A stretch of 64,000 bases of DNA, taken from contig CAVWLW010000041.1 in the NCBI GenBank assembly GCA_963755715.1, forward strand, positions 1 to 64,000, written 5' to 3'. The stretch is from an uncultured delta proteobacterium. Lineage in GTDB: Bacteria > Desulfobacterota > Binatia > UBA9968. A program made the position numbers and the translations under genes. The notes below the pieces were generated by a model. That model had not been told where the DNA came from, ran no database searches, and worked only from the letters and a program-made list of their open reading frames with translations. Positions 31,726 to 40,968 of this stretch are shown here, piece after piece; position 1 is the stretch's first letter; each line of letters begins with the position of its first letter.

Positions 31726-32484
31726 CTATTTGGTGCGCAGTCTTCCTGTTGTTGCACCGCCGTCGAGAACGAGCGTCGCGCCTGTCATGTATCGTCCGGC
31801 GTTCGACGCGAGAAAGGCGACCATCTCGGCCACATCGCTGGGCCTGCCGTGGTAGCCCATCGGAATGTTTGGAGCCTCCGCTTCAGGATCGGCTCCGGCT
31901 CGATGACGGATCGATCCGGGCGCGATGCAATTGACGGTGATCCCGTAGCGCCCGACTTCGAGCGACAGGGCGCGCGTCAGCATGGCCACTGCCGCTTTCG
32001 AAGCCGCATAGGCAGCGCCGGTCGCGTAAGGCGATACGCCACTGACCGAGCCGATGTTGACGATCGTGCCATAGCCCTGCTGCCGCATCGCCGGAATGGC
32101 TGCGCGGCAACAGAGCATCGTCCCGTCGACGTTCACCCGGAAGGTCTCTCGCCACGTGTCGAGCTTGTGCATCTCGATCGTCTCCAGCGGATGATAGGCC
32201 GCATTGTTGCACAGAAGATCGAGCGAGCCGAAGGCCTGCAACGCGGCGTCGACGGCCGACGCCGCGCCCTGCTCGGAACCGATGTCGGCTTCGACGACCC
32301 TGACGCGATCGCCGAATTCCGCCAGCGCAGCCCGCGCACTTGCACAGGCTTGCGCATCGCGATCGACGGCGACGACTGAGCCGCCGAGCGCGAGAAAATG
32401 GCGGACGATCCCAAGCCCGATCCCCGAAGCGCCACCTGTGACGACGCTCGAGCGCGGATGATCAGGAAGCTCGGCTCGACGCAC
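31726..32484 (-). CDS. short-chain dehydrogenase/reductase (SDR)
   Basis: VTGGASGIG, NNAA, NIGS, YAASK, NCIAPG, TGATLVLDGG. Confidence 0.93.
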   Translation of the reverse strand: MRRAELPDHPRSSVVTGGASGIGLGIVRHFLALGGSVVAVDRDAQACASARAALAEFGDRVRVVEADIGSEQGAASAVDAALQAFGSLDLLCNNAAYHPLETIEMHKLDTWRETFRVNVDGTMLCCRAAIPAMRQQGYGTIVNIGSVSGVSPYATGAAYAASKAAVAMLTRALSLEVGRYGITVNCIAPGSIRHRAGADPEAEAPNIPMGYHGRPSDVAEMVAFLASNAGRYMTGATLVLDGGATTGRLRTK

Positions 32485-32490
32485 AGGCGG

Positions 32491-33270
32491 TTAGCTCAGG
32501 CGCGGCTGCGGCCACTTGAATCGGCCATCGAGCGTAGGCGGCTTGAGGCCAGAAGCCTCGTAGGCCCACACGCCGATCTGGTCAGACCAAATACGGTTGA
32601 CCGCCTGGCGATCGCGGATCGCCTGCAGGCAGGCGTCCTGCTTCTCCTTCGTGTCGGCGTACTTGGCGAGAATTTCGAGCGGCGCGTCGCCGTGACCGCC
32701 GTCGGACGAATCCGCCTCGTCGGCCGCATCCCAGTGCGCTAGAGCCTTCTCGTCAAGCTTCAGCTTGTCCCAGTTCTCGCGAGACGTGCGGGCGCGATCA
32801 CCGACCCGCTTGATCATCGCCTTGCCGCGGGCGACCTCGTTGCCGGCGATGCTCGCGAAGGCTTCGAGCCAGGGGCGATAGCGGCTCACATATTCGCAAT
32901 AGGTGATGCGCATCTTGGTGATCGGCGCGCCCTGATAGTTGTAGATGTAGTCGCGATCGAGGCCGAGCGCGACCGCGAAGTCAACAAGGCTTTCGTAATG
33001 GCCGGTGATGATCGTCGGATCGCGCACCTCCTCCACGAAGGCATTTTCGATCAGATACTGCCGCACTTCGAGGATCGGGCAGTTGCCGGCGATGTTGGTC
33101 AGCCAGCGCGGAAAGTTGGCGGCGAACACGCAATGTTCGAGCGCGTAGACGCGCGCTCCTTCACGCGTCATGTGATTGGCGTTGTAGGTCTCGAGCAGGG
33201 TCGGGACGGTCCACCGCCCTTCCTCCAACACATCGAGAATGGCTTCCTTGAACTGTTCTGCACTACGCAT
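32491..33270 (-). CDS. heme-oxygenase-like (PqqC/TenA/CADD-type) iron-containing redox enzyme
   Basis: FPRWLTNIAGNCP...RQYLIENAFVEE...GHYESLVDFAVALG, WLEAFASIAGNE, DEADSSDGGHG, KYADTKEKQ. Confidence 0.78.
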   Translation of the reverse strand: MRSAEQFKEAILDVLEEGRWTVPTLLETYNANHMTREGARVYALEHCVFAANFPRWLTNIAGNCPILEVRQYLIENAFVEEVRDPTIITGHYESLVDFAVALGLDRDYIYNYQGAPITKMRITYCEYVSRYRPWLEAFASIAGNEVARGKAMIKRVGDRARTSRENWDKLKLDEKALAHWDAADEADSSDGGHGDAPLEILAKYADTKEKQDACLQAIRDRQAVNRIWSDQIGVWAYEASGLKPPTLDGRFKWPQPRLS

Positions 33271-33542
33271 ATAGCTTCCTCATGGTAGGTAGGCGCTGAT
33301 TTCAAAAGGCGAAATTGCTCCTTCAACGTTCGCTGAACCATATCGTAAAGACGGGCGCCTTTCCATTCTTGAGCTTCTTCGCGAATTCGTCCCAACGATC
33401 GATTACTACATCGATCATGTGTCTGTCGTAGATACAGAAGAACGCTAGGCCTGGTTCGAGATCTTCTCGGGTTCAAAAAAACATTATCCCACAGCGCCAA
33501 CCGGGCTTATCCGCCCATGAGAGTTACTACGTGATCGACACT

Positions 33543-33597
33543 TTGAACAATGAATTGAACGGCCCGGCTTCTTCCCACGAATGGAATGATTGGAACG
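33543..33597. repeat. second copy of the TTGAAC module, abutting the stop codon of an SBP gene
   Basis: TTGAACAATGAATTGAACGGCCCGGCTTCTTCCCACGAATGGAATGATTGGAACG. Confidence 0.65.
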
Positions 33598-33599
33598 TT

Positions 33600-34607
33600 T
33601 TAGCGTTCCGCTAAAACCGATTTAACAAACCCGCTCTGATCGAGCTCGCGCACGATCCGGCTATCAGCGAAATCTTCCGGCTTTGCCCCCTTGGCTTTGG
33701 CGTTCGTCGGCTCCAATCCCCGCAGCAAGCTCGCGATTCCCGGCACCGACGGATATGGCGGCAGCACCAAATTGCTTTTGATGATCAGGTCATAACTTTC
33801 TTCCAATACCTCGCGGTCGTCCGTGCGGAATGTTCTTCCCATCGCTTTGAGCGCGAAGGCTTTGTCTTTCTGCCCGCGGGCGACCCCTTCGATGTACGCC
33901 CGCATGAAGCGTCGAACCGTGTCTTCATTGGTTTTTAAGTAACGGCGCGTAGTGACCACGCCATTGATATGATACTCGGCGTCGAGCTTGGACATATCGA
34001 GCAACTCTTTCAGCTTTACTTTTTTCGCCTGCAACGTCGCCGGCGGGCTCAGCGCCGCGGCGTGAATTTTGCCGGTCAGGATCGCTGTCACCGTTTCCGC
34101 CGGTCCGCCGGTCTGAACCATCGTGATGTCGCGCTCCGGATCTACGCCATAAAATCGCAGCGCAAATCGCGATGCGAGATCGGACAGCGTACCGAAGCGC
34201 GTCGTGCCAAACACCTTGCCCTTCAAATCTTCCATTCGGCCGATTTCCGGCCGGCTATAGATCCAGAACAGGAACTTTTTGACGATGGTCGCGATGATCA
34301 CCGTGTCGGCGCCGGCTAAATTGGCTTGGATCGACGCGGCACCACCGAGTTGGATGATGGGCAATTCGCCGGCAAGCATGGCCTGCAGCGCCAGAGAGCT
34401 TCCTGGAATACTGATGGCCTCGACACTGAGCCCATGCTTCTCGTAGAAATTTCCTTCCTTGGCGAGCCACATGGACATCTGCGTCGCCGAGGTGGAACCG
34501 CCGCCCACGCGAATCCTATCAATCTTTTTTTCCTGGCCTGCAACTGGAACAGCGAATAGAGCGGCGAAAACGATGGCGCTGCAACACTGAAGATGAATTT
34601 TTCTCAC
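33600..34607 (-). CDS. ABC transporter substrate-binding protein (NitT/TauT, NMT1-like)
   Basis: AAGGAG then GTG; signal peptide; EDLKGKVFGTTRFG, PYPSVPG, AKPEDFADSRIVRELDQSGF. Confidence 0.9.
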   Translation of the reverse strand: MRKIHLQCCSAIVFAALFAVPVAGQEKKIDRIRVGGGSTSATQMSMWLAKEGNFYEKHGLSVEAISIPGSSLALQAMLAGELPIIQLGGAASIQANLAGADTVIIATIVKKFLFWIYSRPEIGRMEDLKGKVFGTTRFGTLSDLASRFALRFYGVDPERDITMVQTGGPAETVTAILTGKIHAAALSPPATLQAKKVKLKELLDMSKLDAEYHINGVVTTRRYLKTNEDTVRRFMRAYIEGVARGQKDKAFALKAMGRTFRTDDREVLEESYDLIIKSNLVLPPYPSVPGIASLLRGLEPTNAKAKGAKPEDFADSRIVRELDQSGFVKSVLAER

Positions 34608-35017
34608 GTTTCTTTCTCCTTAGCGCCGATCTCGTAAAACCCCGCCTCTTGCGCGCTCTCGGCGACCGAGCGCTTGCGCCAAAGGTTCCATGGTCGAGGA
34701 ATTGAACCGGCGAGGCACCACTCACCGGCGCGCGCCTGGTTTTGCGCCAACAATCTTTCGTAGATCCGGATCAGCCGCTCCGGCTCCTGATCGCCGGAGG
34801 CCGCGATAACCTGTTCCGAATATTTGTTGACGATCACGGCGCGAGGCAGCTTCGCTTCAAGCGCCTCGCCAGGCGCGGACTGGAGCCCTTGAATGAGAAA
34901 AACCCAACCGAATGAACGCTCCGCAATGCCATTGTGAGCGATCGAGAATTGCGCGGATTCGAACCGCGAGTTGAGCCGCGCAAGAACCAACTCTTCGGCC
35001 TGTGGTTGACTCAGCAT
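34604..35017 (-). CDS. hypothetical protein with YrhB/Imm35-like N-terminal domain
   Basis: MLSQPQAEELVLARLN...IAERSFGWVF...AVIVNKYSEQV resembles the YrhB pattern; overlaps the SBP start by 4 nt. Confidence 0.55.
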   Translation of the reverse strand: MLSQPQAEELVLARLNSRFESAQFSIAHNGIAERSFGWVFLIQGLQSAPGEALEAKLPRAVIVNKYSEQVIAASGDQEPERLIRIYERLLAQNQARAGEWCLAGSIPRPWNLWRKRSVAESAQEAGFYEIGAKEKET

Positions 35018-35366
35018 CGTGCTATGTCATTCATGCCGCTTATCAACGACCGCATGGGCGTCGTTCCTTGAATATTCACAGCGCAAGGCTCATTAGCCGC
35101 CGCATCTTCTCCAGATCCAGCCGTCGAAGGAACCCCGGGTTACGAAACCAGAGCGTGTTGAAACGAAAATCAAACATCTCGTATCGTATCGTTGGCCGGC
35201 CATTTCTCGATGATCATGCGATAAGTAGCGGCAACATAACCGGTGCGTCTTTGCAAACGATGATGCAAATAAATTGGACGGATTTCAGAGAGCAACCGAG
35301 CTGTGATGGGAGATCTCCCATGTGTTGCGCGATTTTAACCGCTCAGCACGGCCCTGGCAAACGAGG

Positions 35367-36170
35367 CTAATCCATCTTAAGAAAGTCGCTTACCAGCGCG
35401 TTGAAACGATCGGCTTGATCCCACTGCACCCAATGGGCGCATTGATCGAACAAGTGAAACTCGGCGTTGGGAATGAGTTGAAAGAGCAGGAGGCCGCGCT
35501 CCACTGAAACGCCGCGATCTTGAGCGCCCCATAGAAGCAGCGTCTTCGTCTTTAGATTGGCCAATTCGTTGAACAGCGGGCGCGGCGGTTTGACCCCGCG
35601 CCGCAGCTGCGCCGCTTCTTGATTCTTGCCGATGCTCATCTCATGGCGCGCGCGCACCAGCTCTTCGGTGACGAGCTCCTTGCGAAACAGTGTGCCGAGC
35701 GTTAGCGCTCGCATATTCTCCAAGCTCGGCACATACTCGCGCAACTCTTCGGAGTGCTTCTGTCCCAGCACTTGCGATTCCGACGATCCTTTGGGCGCCA
35801 GCGTACCGCTGGTGGTGGTGACGAACTTACCGACTCGAGAATCTTCCAGCGCCAAGCGCGCGGCAATGTATCCGCCGACCGAGTTGCCGACGACGTGGTA
35901 ACGATCGAGTTTTAGGGCGTCGATGAACGCCTTGGCATGGGTTACGCGATACTCGATGGAAAGATCGGCTGGATTATCCGTGCGGCCGAATCCCGCTTGA
36001 TCGTAGGCGTAGACGGTAAACCCGGCCGCAGCCAGCGGCTCGATATTGAGCTGCCAATTGACTTGAGCCGAAGCGCCCGGCGCGGCGCCGTGAAATAGCA
36101 CGACCGGAAAACCGCTGCCGGCTTTAACGTAGAAGGTTTTCAGCCCGTCAGCGTCAATGTATGCATCCAT
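35367..36170 (-). CDS. alpha/beta hydrolase, meta-cleavage-product hydrolase-like (MhpC/BphD type)
   Basis: ATG 36170; FHGAAPGAS, GNSVGG, WGAQD, CAHWVQWDQ. Confidence 0.85.
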   Translation of the reverse strand: MDAYIDADGLKTFYVKAGSGFPVVLFHGAAPGASAQVNWQLNIEPLAAAGFTVYAYDQAGFGRTDNPADLSIEYRVTHAKAFIDALKLDRYHVVGNSVGGYIAARLALEDSRVGKFVTTTSGTLAPKGSSESQVLGQKHSEELREYVPSLENMRALTLGTLFRKELVTEELVRARHEMSIGKNQEAAQLRRGVKPPRPLFNELANLKTKTLLLWGAQDRGVSVERGLLLFQLIPNAEFHLFDQCAHWVQWDQADRFNALVSDFLKMD

Positions 36171-36171
36171 G

Positions 36172-36492
36172 CTATTTTCCGATGCCCGCCTCGGCATAGC
36201 GCAGCACTTTGCCGCCTTTCGGCGCGCGCGTCGGACCGTAGGGCGTGTTTTTTTCGACATAGATGCACGAGCCGGCGCTGTATATCGTGCCGCCGATCTC
36301 GATCTCGCCTTCGAGTACGTAAAACATCTCATGGTAGGGATGACTATGCACCGGGATATCCGTATCCGGTCCCCAGTGACGAATCATCATCTCCGGACCC
36401 GATCCGCCGGGCGAAACATGGAGCCACTTGGTATAACCACGCCCACTTTTTTTCTTCTCGACATCGTTTTCATTGACGACATAAACTGCCAT
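36172..36492 (-). CDS. cupin domain protein
   Basis: PVHSHPYHEMFYVLEGE; GGAGGAGG RBS. Confidence 0.88.
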   Translation of the reverse strand: MAVYVVNENDVEKKKSGRGYTKWLHVSPGGSGPEMMIRHWGPDTDIPVHSHPYHEMFYVLEGEIEIGGTIYSAGSCIYVEKNTPYGPTRAPKGGKVLRYAEAGIGK

Positions 36493-36530
36493 AGATCCTC
36501 CTCCTGCCGCCTGTGCGTGGATATGGGGCG

Positions 36531-36594
36531 AGATCCTTCACGTTGTTCAGGATGACAGACATTGAGTTGTCATGCTGAGTGAAGCGAAGCATCT
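36531..36594. repeat. REP-like imperfect palindrome
   Basis: AGATCCTTCACGTTGTTCAGGATGACA ... TGTCATGCTGAGTGAAGCGAAGCATCT. Confidence 0.7.
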
Positions 36595-36648
36595 GCATTT
36601 GAGCCTCTGGTTGTAAACTTCAAAGACTTTCCAGGCCAGCGCGATCCT

Positions 36649-37872
36649 TTATGCCACTGCCGACGTCTCGCCCAAATTTCGTTCACTTTCCGGCACCCAT
36701 GTTTCATAAGCGGGAATGACGATCATCTTATTTTTTGCCGGATCGCGAACAATGCACTTCGGGTCTTCGCCGCGTTTTACTTTTTCGATTTCGCGCAGAT
36801 ACATCTGACGCAGCTTGATAATACCGTCATCGATCGCCGGCCCGAGATGCTCGTTCTCGCGATCGGCGATCGGCGGCATGCTGTCGACCACCATGCCGTC
36901 TTCGATGAAATGCAGCGGCGGAATCTCGTAACCCAAAACCGGATTGTCGGAATCGCGATATTCTTTGTAAGGCGCGATGAATTCCTGCGGCGGTTTCCAA
37001 CGCTGGCTGAACGGATCGCCTTCGTATTTGCCGGGATTGTCGGACGGCTTGAAGCGCACGCGCATCAGCAATGTGTGAGTGTCGTCGATCGGCACGCTCC
37101 AGCGCGCCGCCGAAACTGGCGTGCCGGCTTGACCGCCGGTTAAATAACGGCCGCCACTGCCGCCGCAGCTGATACCGGGCATCAGTAAATGATGCTCGCG
37201 ATAATTGAGCATGCCTGGCTCTTTGGTCTTGCGATACGCCTTGTACACCATGCCCCATTCGGTTTCGTGAAAGCCGAGCTCCGGCTCGGTGCTCATGATA
37301 TCGGGCCACGCGCCGCCATGGGTGAAACTCGGATGCACCGGATCCATGCCGTTCTCGACGCATTGCAGCCAGTTGCAGTTTTGAAAACCTTGGATGGTGA
37401 TATACACCTCGCCCTCGCCGACGAGAAAATTGTAGCGCGGCACCAGCGGCGCCGGCTGCTGGCCGAAGTAGGCGAAGATCAAACCGCCCAGTTCTTCGAC
37501 CGGATACGACGGCAGGCGAATGTCTTGTTTTCTAATCGGGCTATCGGCAGGCTCGCCGGGAATCTGCACGACCTTGCCGCTCGTGTCATAAAGCCAGCCG
37601 TGATAGCGGCAGCGCACGCCGTCGCGCTCGATATCGCCAAGACACAAGTTGGCGCGCCGGTGCGCGCAGTAGGCGCCGATGACGCCGGCCTTGCCGGTGG
37701 CGTCGCGAAAGAGCACCAAATCTTCACCGAACACGCGAATGAACGTCGGCTTTGATTTTAAGTGCGCTGAAATGCCGATCGGCCACCAGTAACGGCGCAA
37801 AAACTCGCCCATCGGCGTGCCGCGGCCGGTACGCGTGAGAGTTTCATTTTCTTCTTTGGTGGTTTTGTACAT
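36649..37872 (-). CDS. Rieske non-heme iron oxygenase, phthalate 4,5-dioxygenase-like large subunit
   Basis: TPMGEFLRRYWWP, CAHR...CRYHGW (Rieske), ENGMDPVHPSFTH (mononuclear Fe), EDGMV. Confidence 0.92.
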   Translation of the reverse strand: MYKTTKEENETLTRTGRGTPMGEFLRRYWWPIGISAHLKSKPTFIRVFGEDLVLFRDATGKAGVIGAYCAHRRANLCLGDIERDGVRCRYHGWLYDTSGKVVQIPGEPADSPIRKQDIRLPSYPVEELGGLIFAYFGQQPAPLVPRYNFLVGEGEVYITIQGFQNCNWLQCVENGMDPVHPSFTHGGAWPDIMSTEPELGFHETEWGMVYKAYRKTKEPGMLNYREHHLLMPGISCGGSGGRYLTGGQAGTPVSAARWSVPIDDTHTLLMRVRFKPSDNPGKYEGDPFSQRWKPPQEFIAPYKEYRDSDNPVLGYEIPPLHFIEDGMVVDSMPPIADRENEHLGPAIDDGIIKLRQMYLREIEKVKRGEDPKCIVRDPAKNKMIVIPAYETWVPESERNLGETSAVA

Positions 37873-37894
37873 CGACGTTCCTCTAATCCCTCTC

Positions 37895-37972
37895 ACCACG
37901 AAGCGCACGAAGGTCACGAAGGATTCAGATACAGTAATTTTTTAGCTTCGTGCTCTTCGCGACCTTCGTGGT
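37895..37972. repeat. inverted array of 9-mer CACGAAG units
   Basis: ACCACGAAGCGCACGAAGGTCACGAAG ... CTTCGTGCTCTTCGCGACCTTCGTGGT. Confidence 0.75.
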
Positions 37973-38016
37973 TGCGGCTATTACCACGCTGGGTCCATCG
38001 TGGTCGTAGTTCCCCC

Positions 38017-39049
38017 TCACTGCGCCAGAATTTTTTTCATTCGTTCGACGACGTCCGGCGGTTGGACGACTACTTTTTTCGCGATCGCTTCCAACTCTTG
38101 CCCTGTCACCGGCTCGACTTCCCAATTTCTCTTTTGCGCTTCTGCTTTGAACTCAGGATCGTTAAGCGCTTTCATCAACGCTTCCCGCAGCATCGCTAAA
38201 CGGTCCGCCGGCAAACCGGGCGGCGCAATCAAAGGACGGCCGATCGAATCCGGGGACATCAGCACCACCGCCAAACGCCGGGTTACATCGGATGCTTTCC
38301 GTTTGTCCAAAATCTCATTGACCGTCGGCACGTCAGGCAAACGCGGATCTCGCTTCGGGCTGCCATGCACCAACACCCGCGTGAAGCCACTCTTGGACCA
38401 AGCTGCGCGTCGGCTCGCTGCCGAAGTATCCTTCCAGGCTGCCGGCACGGCACTGCACTTCGCCTTTTTGCATCGCCAGATCGATTTCCGCCGCGCCGGG
38501 GTAACCGGTCACGATGCTGAATTTCACGCCGGCAACTTCTTCGATCAGCCTGGGGAAATAGTGCCCCACCGTGCCGAAAGCGGTGGCGCCGCAACGCGGC
38601 TGCTCCGGCGCGTTACGAATATCTTCGAGGTTTTTATACGGCGTGTCGGCGCGGCCATAGATGATTCGTACCGTCCGCTCCGGCGAGCCGATCCAAGAAA
38701 ACTTCGCCCAATCGAACTTCACTTCCTTCATGTCCGTGAGCTGGTTGAAGTAAAGACCCGGCGTGACAAAGCCGATCGTCAAGCCGTCGGGTTTGGCCAC
38801 GTTGTAAATATAATTCGCCGCGCTCAACGAACCGGCGCCCGGCATATTCTGCGAAATAATATTCGGCTTGCCGGGAATATGTGGCGTCATGGCGCGCGCC
38901 AGCGCCCGCGCCCAGAGGTCGCTGATGCCACCGGGGGAAAATCCGAGCACTAGACGAATCGTCTTGTCCTCAAAAAACGGCGACTCCGCGCGTCCCTGAC
39001 ACACCCAAACCAGTGTGATGAACAAAAAGAACGCAACTCGCTTCAACAA
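38017..39049 (-). CDS. Bug/TctC tripartite tricarboxylate transporter substrate-binding protein; frameshift near 38400
   Basis: GFSPGGISD, QNMPGAGS, KPDGLT, GYPGAAEIDLAM; RDPRLPDVPT, APPGLPADR. Confidence 0.9.
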
Positions 39050-39061
39050 ACACCCGTCTTT

Positions 39062-39094
39062 AAAATTCTCAATTCTCCATTTTCAATTCTTAAT
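39062..39094. repeat. short tandem heptamer repeat
   Basis: AATTCTC AATTCTC CATTTTC AATTCTT AATT filling the intergenic gap. Confidence 0.6.
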
Positions 39095-40062
39095 TATTCC
39101 TTGAAATCCATCCGCGGGTCCCAGGAGCGCAGCATATCCAGCTCGTCGAGCACTTCTTTGAGATATTTGAAATTGTAGTAATCGCTCACCGGTTTTTTCG
39201 GCAGGTTCCATTCTTTCGTGTAAAAATCCACTTTGCGCTGGTAGGCGTCGAGATCGAGCACCGGTCCCCACTCCTTGTGCACTTCCTCGTAGGCCAGACT
39301 CGCTAACTCGCGGTTGATGAAATGGTTGTGGCGCAGAATCGAGTCGAGCGTTTCTTCCTTGCTATACTTGGCGATCATCACGCCGCGTAGGAGCGCCCGC
39401 ACCATTCCTTTAACGACGAACGGCTTCTCCGCGATTACGGCGGGCGAAGTGGAAAAGCCGGCCTCGGGAATCGAAAAGAGATCACGGCACGACTGGAGCG
39501 CATGACCGCCCATCTGCACCGCGATGTTCCAGTGCGGTGGATCGCAGCACACTGCATCGACTTCGCCTTTTTCGAACAACGCCAAACGGAAACGTTCCGT
39601 ATTGGGCGGCTTGCCGCGGCTATCGATCCACGTAACGTCTTTTTCCGGATCGACGCCGAAGTGGCGCATCACCATCTTGGCGTCCATGCTCGAACCGCCT
39701 TTGAGATCGCCGGCGATCTTTTTGCCTTTGAGATCCGGAACATCTTTGACGTAGGGCTTGGCGACGAAGACATGCGCCGTGCGGTTGGCGATGGACACAA
39801 CGTTGACTTCGCCGTCGATGTGATCGCGATTTTCCAGCACCGAGCGAAACGGCGGCGAGCCGCCGGGCGACTGGAATATAATCGCGCCGTCCTTGCGCCA
39901 TTGATGGCGCGGGTGCTCGCTGTCGGGAATGCCCTGGACTGGTCTCAGGTCGACGTCCAGTCCCTCCTCTTTAAAAAATCCTTTGTCATGGGCAACCCAC
40001 ATGGGCGCCAAATTCATCGGCAATGCCGGGCCGAAGACGACGATCTTTTCGTTTGAATCCAT
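39094..40062 (-). CDS. NMT1/THI5-like binding-fold protein without an evident signal peptide
   Basis: AAGGAG then MDSNEKIVVFGP; WVAHDKGFFKEEGLDV, DLKGKKIA; no hydrophobic N-terminus. Confidence 0.82.
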   Translation of the reverse strand: MDSNEKIVVFGPALPMNLAPMWVAHDKGFFKEEGLDVDLRPVQGIPDSEHPRHQWRKDGAIIFQSPGGSPPFRSVLENRDHIDGEVNVVSIANRTAHVFVAKPYVKDVPDLKGKKIAGDLKGGSSMDAKMVMRHFGVDPEKDVTWIDSRGKPPNTERFRLALFEKGEVDAVCCDPPHWNIAVQMGGHALQSCRDLFSIPEAGFSTSPAVIAEKPFVVKGMVRALLRGVMIAKYSKEETLDSILRHNHFINRELASLAYEEVHKEWGPVLDLDAYQRKVDFYTKEWNLPKKPVSDYYNFKYLKEVLDELDMLRSWDPRMDFKE

Positions 40063-40095
40063 CCGCGATCTCCTTAACTAGAACTGAATACAATA

Positions 40096-40172
40096 TTTGG
40101 TCTGGCCAAAGCGTCTGGCTTTTGCTATATAGCAGGCGAATTCGAGCTGTCAAGGAGATTTTGGTCTGACCA
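40096..40172. promoter_or_regulatory. two FadR-subfamily operator palindromes plus a minus-strand sigma70 promoter
   Basis: TTTGGTCTGGCCAAA (40096..40110) and TGGTCTGACCA (40162..40172); minus-strand TTGACA (40153..40148)-N16-TATATA (40131..40126). Confidence 0.75.
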
Positions 40173-40963
40173 TGATTGAGTTTAACAGTCTCGTCGACAA
40201 AATTGCTCGCGATCTTCAAGAGCAAATTATTCACGGCAAATTAAAGCCGGGCGAACGGTTACCTTCGGAGCGCAGCCTGTGTGCGGTATTCGGCGTCGGC
40301 CGAACGACCATCCGTGAGGCATTGAAGTCGTTAGCCGTGCGCGGGTTGGTGACCCGCTCGGCCCGCGGCGCGGTGATCGCTGATGTCGAATCATTGCATC
40401 TGCCAGGAGCAGATCTTGCCAGCCTAGCCGCGCAAACCTCGATTCGCCAGCTTTTTGAAGTGCGCAAGCTGATGGAAGTCAGGGTCGCCGGCTGGGCGGC
40501 TTTGCGCGCGAGCGCCGAAGATATCGAAGCCATGCGCGCGGCGATCGCAGCCGAAGTCGCACGAGATACCGCCGGCGGCAACCCCAATCGTTTGTTCCAT
40601 GACGCTTTGGCAAAAGCCGCGCACAATCCCGCGCTGGTGCAGGTCTATGAATCCGGGCGCCATCTCTTCTTCCGTCTCCCTTTTTACTGGAAGTTGTTCG
40701 ACGACGCGCAAGTAAAAATGACCAGAGCCGAACGCCACGAGATGGCCCGGCGCTGGCACGAGCAAATTTTCAAAGCGATCGTCGAGCGCGACGCGGCCGA
40801 GGCCGAAGGTGCCATGTTTCAGCATCTGGACATCATGGAGAAAGACTTGCTCGCCAGACTGCAAAGCACCGACGGCGACGGCAAAAATCACCGGCTCTAT
40901 TCTTATCCCCTGTTGGCTGATCTCGATCCGGAGAGGAAAAAAATCCCAGAAGGAAATCGTTAG
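40172..40963 (+). CDS. GntR family regulator, FadR subfamily (FCD domain)
   Basis: LKPGERLPSERSLCAVFGVGRTTIREAL; LFEVRKLME, FHDALAKAAHN. Confidence 0.93.
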   Translation: MIEFNSLVDKIARDLQEQIIHGKLKPGERLPSERSLCAVFGVGRTTIREALKSLAVRGLVTRSARGAVIADVESLHLPGADLASLAAQTSIRQLFEVRKLMEVRVAGWAALRASAEDIEAMRAAIAAEVARDTAGGNPNRLFHDALAKAAHNPALVQVYESGRHLFFRLPFYWKLFDDAQVKMTRAERHEMARRWHEQIFKAIVERDAAEAEGAMFQHLDIMEKDLLARLQSTDGDGKNHRLYSYPLLADLDPERKKIPEGNR

Positions 40964-40968
40964 CCGCC

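Noticed and set aside
32491-33270. Calling this gene pqqC
   Set aside because: No pqqA/B/D/E nearby and the C-terminal motif differs; only the fold family is supported.
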